This document shows, piece by piece, positions 1 through 9,363 of a stretch of DNA of 44,426 nucleotides (position 1 is the stretch's first letter; each line of letters opens with the position of its first letter). Made by a program: the position numbers and the translations under genes. This stretch comes from Chthoniobacteraceae bacterium. GTDB lineage: Bacteria; Verrucomicrobiota; Verrucomicrobiia; Chthoniobacterales; Chthoniobacteraceae. The DNA is taken from NCBI GenBank assembly GCA_040081625.1, contig JBEBGD010000039.1, positions 1 to 44,426 of the forward strand, given 5' to 3'. The notes beneath the pieces were generated by a model, which saw nothing but the letters and a program-made list of their open reading frames with translations, was not told the DNA's origin and made no database searches.

Positions 1-77
1 TGGCGCAGGCGCTGTCGATCCACGGATGAACGGCATTTGGTGATTGAGTGTGGCGCGTGTGGGTGAAGAGTCGCGCG

Positions 78-206
78 ATGATCTCCCGCCGCTCCGCTCT
101 GAAGACGTTCGCCGCCGCTTCCGCGCGCGCGGCGGAGCGCGCGGTGAAGGATGGACGGATCAAGCAACCGGTGGTGCCGTGGTGCTTTAACCCGATGCGG
201 GTGTAG
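78..206 (+). pseudogene. Truncated N-terminal fragment of a Tat-exported TIM-barrel (hydroxypyruvate isomerase-like) protein
   Basis: Hand translation MISRRSALKTFAAASARAAERAVKDGRIKQPVVPWCFNPMRV*: twin-arginine SRR motif, then GRIKQxVVxWCF, which I recall as the start of this family; stops after 42 aa. Confidence 0.55.
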
Positions 207-236
207 CGCGCGACGGTGCTCGATGTATAGCTGCGA

Positions 237-911
237 ATGATTCCGCTCTACGACGACAATCCCACGCATCGAGTGCCGGTGTTCACGTTCGTGATCATCG
301 CGATCAATGTGCTCGTTTTCTTCGGGTGGCAGTTTTCCGATCTCGAGGGGAGTGTGATGGCGGCGGCGTTTGTGCCGGCGGAGCTGACGACGAATGCGGT
401 GGGCTCGTCGAAGTATCTGATCACGTCGATGTTCATGCACGGCGGGCTGATGCACTTGATCGGCAATATGTGGTTCCTGTGGATCTTCGGCGACAACGTG
501 GAGAACGCGACGGGATCGATCCGGTTCGTGGTGTTTTATGTGCTCACCGGCGTGCTCGCGACGCTCGCGCATGTGGCGTTCGATCCGCAGTCGGAGGTGC
601 CGCTGGTGGGCGCGAGTGGAGCGATCAGCGGCGTGCTCGGCGCGTATCTGGTGAAGCATCCGAAGGCGCCGATCCGCACGCTGATCCCGCTCGGCATCTT
701 CACGCGCATCGTGGATATCCCTGCGTGGGTGTTCCTTTTTGTGTGGATCGGGATCCAGGTCGTTTCGCAGGCAGCGATGAGCGGCGGCGAGGGAGGCGGC
801 GGCGTGGCGTATCTGGCGCACATCGGCGGATTCGTCGCCGGTGTGGTGCTGATCTTCGTTTTCCAGACGCGGGACGCGCGATCGATCGAGCGCGTGCCAC
901 GCGGGCGGTGA
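237..911 (+). CDS. Rhomboid family intramembrane serine protease
   Basis: MIPLYDDNP start, HGGLMHLIGNMWFLWIFGDNVE, GASG catalytic Ser, AHIGGF catalytic His, several TM helices. Confidence 0.95.
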   Translation: MIPLYDDNPTHRVPVFTFVIIAINVLVFFGWQFSDLEGSVMAAAFVPAELTTNAVGSSKYLITSMFMHGGLMHLIGNMWFLWIFGDNVENATGSIRFVVFYVLTGVLATLAHVAFDPQSEVPLVGASGAISGVLGAYLVKHPKAPIRTLIPLGIFTRIVDIPAWVFLFVWIGIQVVSQAAMSGGEGGGGVAYLAHIGGFVAGVVLIFVFQTRDARSIERVPRGR

Positions 912-914
912 GGC

Positions 915-1160
915 TTAATCCCGCGAAGGCAGGCTCATCTCGAATACCGCCGCCGGTTCGCCTTCCTCGGTGCCTGGGCGGGGGGAGAGTCCCAGGGAGC
1001 GGTAGGCGCGATCGAGCGCAGGCGGGTCGTTGCGCAGCTCGGGGAAGACGACGAGCAAACGCTGTTTGATCCAGCGTTTGGCGAGGCCGGCTTCGACCGG
1101 GTGCAGCTTCGGTTGCCGCGTGAATGCCCGTTTGATCACTTCAAACAGTCCCTTTTTCAT
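915..1160 (-). CDS. Hypothetical protein (81 aa)
   Basis: ATG ORF filling the gap between convergent/divergent neighbours; TATATG about 13 nt upstream of the ATG. Confidence 0.65.
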   Translation of the reverse strand: MKKGLFEVIKRAFTRQPKLHPVEAGLAKRWIKQRLLVVFPELRNDPPALDRAYRSLGLSPRPGTEEGEPAAVFEMSLPSRD

Positions 1161-1285
1161 GTCCGCTCATATACCGGCGGGCGCGCGATGTCTTAGCCGG
1201 TGTCTGGATTTCTTTGGATGACAAGTGAGCCCGCATCTTCCAAGCTCGCGGCCCTTTTCACTCCAAGACTCAACCAACTCACACC

Positions 1286-2326
1286 ATGGCAACACCCATC
1301 ATCCTCAAGAATAAAGTCGGCATCAACGGCGTCGGCGCCGGCGTCTGGAACATCGGCCCGGGCAATGATCCGTTCGGCGGGCCGACGCGCGAACCGATCC
1401 CGATGCTCGAGCGTCTGCCGAAGCTCGCGGAGTCCGGGATGAGCTTTTACGAGGCGCATGATGTGGAGATCACCGCCGAGATGGCGCCGAAGGCGAACAA
1501 GGTGGCGCGCGCAAACGGGCTGAAGTGCGCGATGTATACGCCGAGCTTTTTCGCGGCGCCGATCTTCAAGGATGGCGCGATGACTTCCAACGATCCCGCG
1601 GTGCGCAAGCTCGGGATGGAGAATGCGCTCAAGGCCGTGGACACGACGGCGGTGCTCGGCGCGAAGACAATGGTGTTCTGGAACGGCCGCGAGGGTTTCG
1701 ACTTCGTGCTCGCGAAGAATGGGCGCGATGCGTTCAAGCGACTCGTCGAGGGGTTCAACACGGTCGGTGCCTACGCGAAGAAGAACTACGGGACGAAGAT
1801 CAAGTTCGCGATCGAGCCGAAGCCGAATGAGCCGCGGGCGAACATGTATCTGGCGAACGTCGGCGAGGCGCTCTACTTGATCAGCCGGCTCGAGAAGAGC
1901 CTGCAGCCGCTCTTTGGCCTGAATCCCGAGACGGCGCACTCGCGGATCGCCGGGCTCGACTACATCTGGGACATCGAGATGTGTCTCGAAGCAGGGAAGC
2001 TCTTCCACATCCACCTCAACTCGCAGGATGGCCAGCGCTACGACCAGGATCTGCCCTTCGGCTACACCGAGCCGCTCAAGGATCTCGCGCTGCTCGTGGT
2101 GCTCCAGGACGCGAAGTATGCGGGGCCGATCTGCTTCGACGTGAAAGCGCCGCGCGTGGACGATCCGCGCAACATCACCGACATCCTGCACGTCTCAGCG
2201 CAGAACCTCGTGTGGCTCTGGGACCGCGCGCTGAAGGTGAACCGCAACAAGATCGAGCAATACCGCAAGTCGAACCGCCTCACCGCGCTGAGCGGCTACC
2301 TCGCGCAGTGCCTCTACGGGCGCTGA
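1286..2326 (+). CDS. Xylose isomerase-like TIM-barrel protein (class I-like, divergent)
   Basis: GNDPFG, WNGREG, AIEPKPNEP, GLNPETAH, KLFHIHLN..YDQDLPFG and FDVK motifs parallel class I xylose isomerase. Confidence 0.85.
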   Translation: MATPIILKNKVGINGVGAGVWNIGPGNDPFGGPTREPIPMLERLPKLAESGMSFYEAHDVEITAEMAPKANKVARANGLKCAMYTPSFFAAPIFKDGAMTSNDPAVRKLGMENALKAVDTTAVLGAKTMVFWNGREGFDFVLAKNGRDAFKRLVEGFNTVGAYAKKNYGTKIKFAIEPKPNEPRANMYLANVGEALYLISRLEKSLQPLFGLNPETAHSRIAGLDYIWDIEMCLEAGKLFHIHLNSQDGQRYDQDLPFGYTEPLKDLALLVVLQDAKYAGPICFDVKAPRVDDPRNITDILHVSAQNLVWLWDRALKVNRNKIEQYRKSNRLTALSGYLAQCLYGR

Positions 2327-2333
2327 GGCGGGA

Positions 2334-2489
2334 CTAGGCGTCCGGCTTGGTCTTGCGGAGACCGAGCGGGCTGTCGCCGGGCTTGAACTGCCCGCGCTTC
2401 TTGAGCAGTTCGACCCGTTCGAAACGCTTCAAGACGTTGCGCTTTGCCGCGATGGTGCTTTGGCCTTTGAGACTACGATGCTGAGACAT
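2334..2489 (-). CDS. PVC-superphylum signature small basic protein (TIGR04137-like), 51 aa
   Basis: Hand translation MSQHRSLKGQSTIAAKRNVLKRFERVELLKKRGQFKPGDSPLGLRKTKPDA*; MSxHxSL...RNVLKRxER...GLxK pattern; below the ORF-track length cutoff. Confidence 0.9.
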   Translation of the reverse strand: MSQHRSLKGQSTIAAKRNVLKRFERVELLKKRGQFKPGDSPLGLRKTKPDA

Positions 2490-2664
2490 GGTGATGAGGA
2501 TGGATTGCTTTGCTGCCGGGGAAAATGAGCCGCCGAGGCTAGCGACGGGCGTTTGCGGCGCAAGTGATTTCCCGGAGGCGCGTCGCGGGTGCGATTATCA
2601 GGGAGATTTCAGTTGTCAGGGCATCGGCAGGCGATAATTTGCCGGGACTTTTATCAGTGCCGTC

Positions 2665-3384
2665 ATGAAACTCCCCTCCATTTATCGCCCCCGCCTGGCC
2701 TTCACCCTCGTCGAGCTACTGGTGGTGATAGCCATCATCGTGATCCTGATGTCCCTGCTGCTGACGGCGGTGCCGGCGGTAAAGAAGGCAGCGCAGAAAA
2801 CCGAAGCCCGGAACACCTGCAATCACATCGTTTCGGGCCTCAAGTCCTACTACAACGAATACGGCAAGTTTCCGCCCACCGAGGATCCGAGCAAGGAGAC
2901 GACTTCGGCGGTCGTGACCGACACCATCGTCGGCGATACGACCAGCGGCGCGACGCTCCCGAACAACACCGTCTTCTACACCCTGCGCAACATCCCGAAA
3001 GGTCCGAACCAGGACTATGTCAGCAACCCGCGCAAACTTCCGTTCTACGAAGGCAAGTCCGGAAACGTCAACGCGGCCGGCGTCGTGCGCGGCGGATTTT
3101 ACGATCGCAGCGCCAACGGCTCGACTCCGCCCTCGACCGAGGAAAGCTGCCTCTACGATCCGTGGGGCCGTCAATTTTTCGTAATCCTGGATGCGAACTC
3201 CGATGGGCGAATCGACCTGGACGGTTACTACAACGATTTTTCCGGTGTCGATGACAGCGGGAAGGCGCCGCGAACACAGGTCGGAGCATTCTCAATGGGT
3301 CCCGACGAAAAACTTGGCAATAAAGGTGATCGCACATACAGGAACGGCTCAGAGCTTTCCGACGATGTGGTGTCCTGGGAGTAG
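2665..3384 (+). CDS. Prepilin-type N-terminal cleavage/methylation domain protein (type II secretion pseudopilin G-like)
   Basis: AFTLVELLVVIAIIVIL motif, YYNEYGKFP, DPWGRQF and SMGPD C-terminal motifs. Confidence 0.9.
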   Translation: MKLPSIYRPRLAFTLVELLVVIAIIVILMSLLLTAVPAVKKAAQKTEARNTCNHIVSGLKSYYNEYGKFPPTEDPSKETTSAVVTDTIVGDTTSGATLPNNTVFYTLRNIPKGPNQDYVSNPRKLPFYEGKSGNVNAAGVVRGGFYDRSANGSTPPSTEESCLYDPWGRQFFVILDANSDGRIDLDGYYNDFSGVDDSGKAPRTQVGAFSMGPDEKLGNKGDRTYRNGSELSDDVVSWE

Positions 3385-3416
3385 TCAACTCCCCTCGAAT
3401 CGCGCCGACGGGCAAT

Positions 3417-3490
3417 GCGGGTGTAGTTCAATGGTAGAACGGCAGCTTCCCAAGCTGCATACGGGAGTTCGATTCTCCTCACCCGCTCCA
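3417..3490 (+). tRNA. tRNA-Gly (anticodon CCC)
   Basis: GCGGGTG acceptor pairs with CACCCGC, anticodon arm GCAGC-TTCCCAA-GCTGC, GTTCGATTC T-loop, encoded TCCA 3' end, 74 nt. Confidence 0.97.
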
Positions 3491-3823
3491 AACACTGATA
3501 GAATCAGGGTTTTCGGGCGATAGAAGTGCCGAAAATCGGGCGACGGGCACAAAAGCGGGAACACTCTCGCGGAGTTGTCGCGATGGTTCGCCGTCGTTCC
3601 GGCGGAGTTGCTCGTTACCGTTCGGCGATCCTCTTGTGCGACGCGTGCCTGCTCACGGCATCGCGTCCGCCCGTCGCCGATCACAAAGGCTCCGAGCAGC
3701 TCGTCCCGTCGATCCAGCGCATCCGCGACCGGGCGACAAGGCGCGCAAGAATATCGCGGATGCAGAGCAAGAACGAGTAACTTGGGAGCAGATCGGACTC
3801 GCTGCTGATTTCACAACAACACC

Positions 3824-4417
3824 ATGAAACCCCAAAAAGCTCCACTCATCCTGAGCGTCGTAATTCCACTGGCACTTGCCCTCTTCTGGTTCGCCAGCAC
3901 GTCACGCGCTGCAACCGAGAAGCCCGAATACAAAGTCATCCGCACCGATGGTAAGGTCGAGGTTCGCGACTACCCGGCACTCACCGTGGCGACGACGCCG
4001 ATGGTGGATGGCGACAAGAACAGCGGTTTCCGCCAGCTCTTCCGGTTCATCACCGGGAGCAACGATGGCGCGGAGAAAATCGAGATGACCGCGCCGGTGC
4101 TGATCGACAGCGCCAAGGACAAGCAGACGATGAGCTTCATCATGCCGAAGAATGCCGTCGCGAAAGGTGTGCCGAAGCCTTCGGCCAAGAATGTGACCCT
4201 CGGAAAAGTCGGAGCGGCGCGATACGCGGTCCTGCAGTTCAGCGGCGGTCGCAATGCGGAGAACGAGACGAAGGCGCTGGCAAAACTGAAGGTCTGGCTC
4301 GTCGCGCAGAAAATCCGCGGATTGGGCGAGCCGACGTTCGCGTATTATGATCCGCCGTGGGTCCCCACTTTTCTCCGGCGCAATGAAGTGATGATGCACA
4401 TCGCCAAAGCACCATGA
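3824..4417 (+). CDS. SOUL family heme-binding protein (signal peptide)
   Basis: EKPEYKV, EVRDYP, GFRQLFRFITG, IEMTAPV, AYYDPPW..FLRRNEVM motifs. Confidence 0.92.
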   Translation: MKPQKAPLILSVVIPLALALFWFASTSRAATEKPEYKVIRTDGKVEVRDYPALTVATTPMVDGDKNSGFRQLFRFITGSNDGAEKIEMTAPVLIDSAKDKQTMSFIMPKNAVAKGVPKPSAKNVTLGKVGAARYAVLQFSGGRNAENETKALAKLKVWLVAQKIRGLGEPTFAYYDPPWVPTFLRRNEVMMHIAKAP

Positions 4418-4510
4418 CTGAGACCGTCGTCCGATGCCTGCCCGCCAGAGTCGCGGGCCTCTCCACGACTGGTGCCCGGAAATGCCGTGCCTCCTGCCTG
4501 GCGCAGTAGC

Positions 4511-5998
4511 ATGCCTGAAGACCCTGCGCCGCTCGTGCTCGTCACCGGCGCGACCGGCTACATCGGCGGACGGCTGGTGCCACGGCTGCTTGCGGAGGGT
4601 TTTCGCGTGCGCTGCCTCGTGCGTGACGCGACCCGGCTCCAGGGGCGCGCGTGGCGGGACGAGGTCGAGACGGTCGAGGGCGATGTTTTGCAGCCTGAAT
4701 CGCTCACCACCGCGATGCGCGATGTCGCGCTCGCATTTTACCTCGTGCACAGCCTCGGAGCGGGTGCGGACTTTTCCGAACGCGACGCGCAGGCCGCGCG
4801 CAATTTCGGCACGGCGGCGAAAGTTGCCGGTGCTGCGCGGATCATCTTCCTCGGCGGGCTGGGCGATCCTGCGGCGGACCTCTCGGAGCATCTGCGTTCG
4901 CGGCATCAGACGGGCGATGCGCTGCGGGAATGCGGCGTGCCGGTCACCGAGTTTCGCGCCGGGGTGATCGTGGGATCGGGCAGCCTGTCCTTTGAAATGA
5001 TCCGCTACCTCACCGAACGCGTGCCGGTGATGATCTGCCCGCGCTGGGTCTATACGCGCATCCAGCCCATCGCCGTCCGCAACGTGCTCGATTACCTCGT
5101 CGCCGCGCTGCGCATGCCGGAGAGCGCCGGGCAGATCATCGAAATCGGCGGCGCGGATGTGGTCACCTACGGCGAGATGCTCACCTTTTATGCCGAGGTG
5201 CGCGGTCTCCGCCGCTGGCTCCTGCCCGTGCCCCTGCTCACGCCGAAGCTGTCGTCCTACTGGGTCCATTTCGTGACGCCGATTCCCGCGGCCATCGCGA
5301 AGCCGCTCATCGCCGGACTGCGCAATGAGATCGTCGTGCGCGACGATCTCGCGCGACGGATTTTCCCCGCGATCCAGCCGCTCGATTACCGGACGGCGGT
5401 GAAGCTGGCGCTGGAGAAGCTCGATGCACACGCCGTCGAGAGCGCGTGGAGCGACGCCCTCTCGACCAGCCAGCGAGGCGCTCCGCCGGTCACGCTCACC
5501 ACGAGCGAAGGCATGATCATCGAGCGCCGCCAGTTGCCCGTGGCCGCGCCTGCGGAGGCGGTCTTCCGTGCGTTCAGCGGGATCGGCGGCACACGCGGCT
5601 GGCTCTACATGAATTGGACGTGGCGCCTGCGCGGCGCGATGGATCGTCTCTGCGGCGGGGTCGGCATGCGTCGCGGACGTCGCGATCCGGATGACATCCG
5701 CACGGGTGAAGCGCTCGACTTCTGGAGGGTCGAAGCCATCGAACCCGGACGCCTCATGCGCCTGCGTGCGGAGATGAAAGTGCCGGGCAAGGCGTGGCTC
5801 CAGTTTGAGGTGAAAGCGCAGCAGGGCGATTCGTGCGTTCTCCTCACGCAGACCGCTTTTTTTGCGCCGAAAGGACTCTCCGGACTCGTTTACTGGTATG
5901 TGCTTTACCCGATCCACTCACTCATCTTCCGCGGGATGATCCGACGTCTCGCCGACCGCGCCGTCACCCTCGCATCCGCCGAGCCTTCCCATGCCTGA
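4511..5998 (+). CDS. NAD(P)-dependent SDR-like oxidoreductase with C-terminal DUF2867 (YbjT-like)
   Basis: VLVTGATGYIGGRL Rossmann motif, SEHLRSR, GEALDFWRVE, LRAEMKVPGKAWL; start placed at ATG 4511. Confidence 0.92.
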   Translation: MPEDPAPLVLVTGATGYIGGRLVPRLLAEGFRVRCLVRDATRLQGRAWRDEVETVEGDVLQPESLTTAMRDVALAFYLVHSLGAGADFSERDAQAARNFGTAAKVAGAARIIFLGGLGDPAADLSEHLRSRHQTGDALRECGVPVTEFRAGVIVGSGSLSFEMIRYLTERVPVMICPRWVYTRIQPIAVRNVLDYLVAALRMPESAGQIIEIGGADVVTYGEMLTFYAEVRGLRRWLLPVPLLTPKLSSYWVHFVTPIPAAIAKPLIAGLRNEIVVRDDLARRIFPAIQPLDYRTAVKLALEKLDAHAVESAWSDALSTSQRGAPPVTLTTSEGMIIERRQLPVAAPAEAVFRAFSGIGGTRGWLYMNWTWRLRGAMDRLCGGVGMRRGRRDPDDIRTGEALDFWRVEAIEPGRLMRLRAEMKVPGKAWLQFEVKAQQGDSCVLLTQTAFFAPKGLSGLVYWYVLYPIHSLIFRGMIRRLADRAVTLASAEPSHA

Positions 5999-6137
5999 CA
6001 CCATCCTCGGAATGCATCCCATCAGATTGCCGCTCGATTCCATGAAACGATCCGAAGCGCATCCCGTCCCAAGCGCCGCTCTCGCCGTTGCCCCGCGTGC
6101 TGTCGCAGTTTGGGTTCACTCCTGCCGCGGAAACTGA

Positions 6138-7556
6138 ATGGCCGCGTCCATCGCCATCCATTGGTTCCGCCGCGATCTGCGCATTGCCGACAATACCGCT
6201 CTCAACGCGGCCATCGATGCGCACGATCAGGTGGTGCCGGTGTTCGTGCTCAGCGGATGGCAGCGCGATCATCATTGGTGCGGCGCGGCGCGTCAGGAAT
6301 TCCTGTGCGGGTGTCTCGCATCACTCGCGAAAAACATCCAAGCGAAAGGCGGTCGGCTGATCATCCGCGAAGGCCCGGCGGATGCGGCGCTCGAAAAGCT
6401 GATTTGCGAGACCGGTGCGACGGCGATCCATTTCGCGCGCGATCCCGATCCACATGGCCGAGGGATGGAGGCACGAATCGCGGCGATGGCGGAGCGGCTC
6501 GGCGTGACGGTGCATCCGCACCAGGATCACGCGCTGCACGAGCGCGACGAAGTGCTCACCGGCGGCGGCACGCCTTACCGCATCTTCACGCCGTATGCAC
6601 GCTCGTGGCTGAAACTCGACAAGCCCGTGCCCGGTCGCACGCTGGCGCGGCTTTCCACTCCACCGAAGGTCGCCACCCTCGACCTGCCTACGCTCGCGAC
6701 ATGGGGGCTCACATCGGATGCGGAAATCATCGAACCCGGCGAAGCGGCGGCGCGCAAGCGGCTCGGGCGTTTCCTCGACGGGCCGGTCTTCGACTACGGC
6801 ACGCTGCGGGATATTCCCGTGGCGGAAAACACTTCGCGCCTCTCACAGGACTTGCGCTGGGGCCTGCTCTCGATCCGCGAAATCCACGCGCGCTGCACCG
6901 AACTCGCCGCGCGGGCCACGGCTGTGCAGCGCCGGAGCATCGGCGTCTGGATCAACGAACTCATCTGGCGTGAGTTCTACTTCCACGTTCTCTGGCACAC
7001 TCCGGAGGTGCTGAAGCACGAATTCCAACCCGAGACACGCGAATTGAATTGGCGCGATCATTGGCGGCCCGAGGATTGCCCGGGCAGTGCGGAATTCCAG
7101 CGGTGGTGCGCCGGGCAGACAGGCTTTCCGATCGTGGATGCAGGGATGCGCCAGCTCGCGGCTACAGGCTTCATGCACAATCGCGTGCGGATGATCGTCG
7201 CGATGTTTCTGACGAAGGATCTGCACGTCTGGTGGATGCACGGCGAGAGCTGGTTCATGCGCCGGCTCGTGGACGGCGAGATCGCGAGCAACAACGGCGG
7301 CTGGCAATGGAGCGCCAGCACCGGCACCGACGCCGCGCCGTATTTCCGTATCCAGAATCCATGGTCGCAGGCGAAGCGCTTCGATCCCGATGGCGACTAC
7401 GTCCGCCGCTGGGTGCCGGAGCTGCGTGATGTGCCGGGACGTCTCCTCTGCGCTCCACCGGCATCAGACACACCGATCGCGAAAGGCTATCCGCTGCCGA
7501 TGGTCGATCACGCTGCGGAGCGGGATGCGGCGCTGGACATGTTCCGCCGTGAATAG
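6138..7556 (+). CDS. phrB: Deoxyribodipyrimidine photolyase (cryptochrome/photolyase family)
   Basis: WFRRDLRIADN, TSRLS, ELIWREF, GQTGFPIVDAGMRQL, MHNRVRMIVA, SNNGGWQW, PYFRIQNP. Confidence 0.93.
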   Translation: MAASIAIHWFRRDLRIADNTALNAAIDAHDQVVPVFVLSGWQRDHHWCGAARQEFLCGCLASLAKNIQAKGGRLIIREGPADAALEKLICETGATAIHFARDPDPHGRGMEARIAAMAERLGVTVHPHQDHALHERDEVLTGGGTPYRIFTPYARSWLKLDKPVPGRTLARLSTPPKVATLDLPTLATWGLTSDAEIIEPGEAAARKRLGRFLDGPVFDYGTLRDIPVAENTSRLSQDLRWGLLSIREIHARCTELAARATAVQRRSIGVWINELIWREFYFHVLWHTPEVLKHEFQPETRELNWRDHWRPEDCPGSAEFQRWCAGQTGFPIVDAGMRQLAATGFMHNRVRMIVAMFLTKDLHVWWMHGESWFMRRLVDGEIASNNGGWQWSASTGTDAAPYFRIQNPWSQAKRFDPDGDYVRRWVPELRDVPGRLLCAPPASDTPIAKGYPLPMVDHAAERDAALDMFRRE

Positions 7557-7625
7557 CGCGCACCATGGAGGCCCACACCGCGCGCTGCATGGCATTCATT
7601 CCGCATCATCCACTTCACCACGATC

Positions 7626-8084
7626 ATGATCCACGTTCTCCACTCATCCCAAATCATCCACGCCACCATCGAGCGTGCGTGGGATTTCTTTTCCAACCCG
7701 CGCAATCTCGCCAAAATCACGCCGCCCGCGCTGGATTTCAAAGTCCTCGGCGCGCTGCCTGAGCGCATCCATCCGGGCATGATGATCGAGTATCGCGTGC
7801 GCCCTCTGCTTGGCATCCCGCTGCGCTGGCTCACGGAAATCACGCACGTGGAGCCGGGACAATTCTTCGTGGATGAGCAACGCATCGGCCCCTACCGCAT
7901 CTGGCATCACGAGCATCATTTCAAGCAACTCGACGGCGGACAGATCGAAATGACCGACCGCGTCACCTACGTCCTGCCATTCAGTCCGCTGGGCGACCTC
8001 GTGCATCCCTTCCTCGTGAAGCCGCAACTCGAAAAGATATTCGCGTTCCGCGAGAAGACGGTCAGCGGGCTTTTCCACATCTAG
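7626..8084 (+). CDS. SRPBCC family protein
   Basis: WDFFSNPRNLAKITPP, FVDEQRIGPYRIWHHEH, MTDRVTY, IFAFR. Confidence 0.9.
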   Translation: MIHVLHSSQIIHATIERAWDFFSNPRNLAKITPPALDFKVLGALPERIHPGMMIEYRVRPLLGIPLRWLTEITHVEPGQFFVDEQRIGPYRIWHHEHHFKQLDGGQIEMTDRVTYVLPFSPLGDLVHPFLVKPQLEKIFAFREKTVSGLFHI

Positions 8085-8159
8085 TCTGTGGAGCATTCGA
8101 GGCGATAGTCCCAGGCAAACTTTTTAGAACGAGAGATTGTCACTTGGGTTGGGCGACAG

Positions 8160-9038
8160 CTAAAACTGCCGTTCCTGCTGGCGGCGAAAACCTCGCACGC
8201 GAATCGAGGAGTCATCCATGATCTCCATCACCGCATAGCCGTTGTTCCCGGCACCCGAGCCCTCAACCATCGCAACGAGCGTGCAGTAATGAATGCCGGC
8301 AATCTGCTGGTAGTCGTTCCGGTGCGAGTGACCTTGGAAGACAGCGAGCACATTTTCATTTCTCTCCAATTCGGCGCGCACCTCCGCTGCATTCCGGACA
8401 CTGTGTTTGGCGGCATCGTCGAGCCGCTGATGAACGAACACGACGGTGGGCAGCGTGGTCTTTGCCAGATCCCCGCGGAGCCACTCAAGTTCCTGGGGCG
8501 GAATGTTCGAGTCCGTCCAATCGAAGTTCTTGCGCCCGTAAGCCTGGCCGTCGTGGCGGTAGCAGGCATCGAGCACGATGAAATGCGTCCTCCCGAGGTC
8601 GAAGGAGTAGTGTGGAGAGCGATTGGCCGCCGTGTGTGCCGCGAACTCGGCCTTGGTGAGCGTTCCCACGCAATGGTTGCCGAGCACGTAATGGCGCGGC
8701 GCCTTTGCTCTCGCAAAGACCTTTTCCACTCGCTGCAGCCAGGCAATTTCTTCATCAACCGACTGAGCCTGATCGATGAAATCACCGAGACAGACTACCG
8801 ACGCCAGTTTCTCCCGGTTGAAGGCCGTCACCGCCTCCGTCAGTTTGTCGGCGGTCTCCCGATAGAAACGGCTTCCCGCCTCCGGCTTGTCGGCATAGTG
8901 CAGGTCCGTCAGGAGGCCAAGAGACACTGCCGGCTTCCGCGTGGCATCCGCAGCGAGCAGCGACGAAGCGACTGCGCCCCCAAGAACAAGGACGCCCCGC
9001 CGGAGCAGTGCTCGCCGGGTGGTTTTGTGGTGGTGCAT
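8160..9038 (-). CDS. Tat-exported calcineurin-like metallophosphoesterase
   Basis: TRRALL twin-Arg signal, TDLHYAD, LGDFID, LGNH, FVHQ, QGHSH motifs; start moved to ATG 9038. Confidence 0.9.
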   Translation of the reverse strand: MHHHKTTRRALLRRGVLVLGGAVASSLLAADATRKPAVSLGLLTDLHYADKPEAGSRFYRETADKLTEAVTAFNREKLASVVCLGDFIDQAQSVDEEIAWLQRVEKVFARAKAPRHYVLGNHCVGTLTKAEFAAHTAANRSPHYSFDLGRTHFIVLDACYRHDGQAYGRKNFDWTDSNIPPQELEWLRGDLAKTTLPTVVFVHQRLDDAAKHSVRNAAEVRAELERNENVLAVFQGHSHRNDYQQIAGIHYCTLVAMVEGSGAGNNGYAVMEIMDDSSIRVRGFRRQQERQF

Positions 9039-9110
9039 GCGGTGGTATAGAACACTCGCCTTCGTAGTCGCAACACTTGGCGTTCCACCTTTTGACAGGT
9101 CACCGAGGGC

Positions 9111-9360
9111 ATGTCGCTCCACGATGAAAAAGCCGCGCGCTCGCCGAGGTTCTTGCCGCCACGGGGGAGGAGATTCTCTGGATGGGACGAAGGTTGGCCT
9201 CGCTCGTTTCCGACAATCCGGTGAGCCAGGATCTCGGTTTCGGCGGATTCGACGCGAAGGGCGATTGCACGATGAAGGTGCTGCGCTCGGAGTTGAACGC
9301 GGATCGGCCAAAACTGGGCGAGCGGGTCGAATTCCAAAACGCGATCTACCGCGTTCGCGG
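9111..9360 (+). pseudogene. Frameshifted, truncated remnant of a phage-like (head-closure/head-tail joining-type) gene
   Basis: MSLHDEKA then a 1-nt shift to ALAEVLAATGEEILWMGRRLASLVSDNPVSQDLGFGGF...PKLGERVEFQNAIYRV, running into the rtcB 3' end; TTGACA at 9092. Family assignment is from recollection only. Confidence 0.4.
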
Positions 9361-9363
9361 TTG

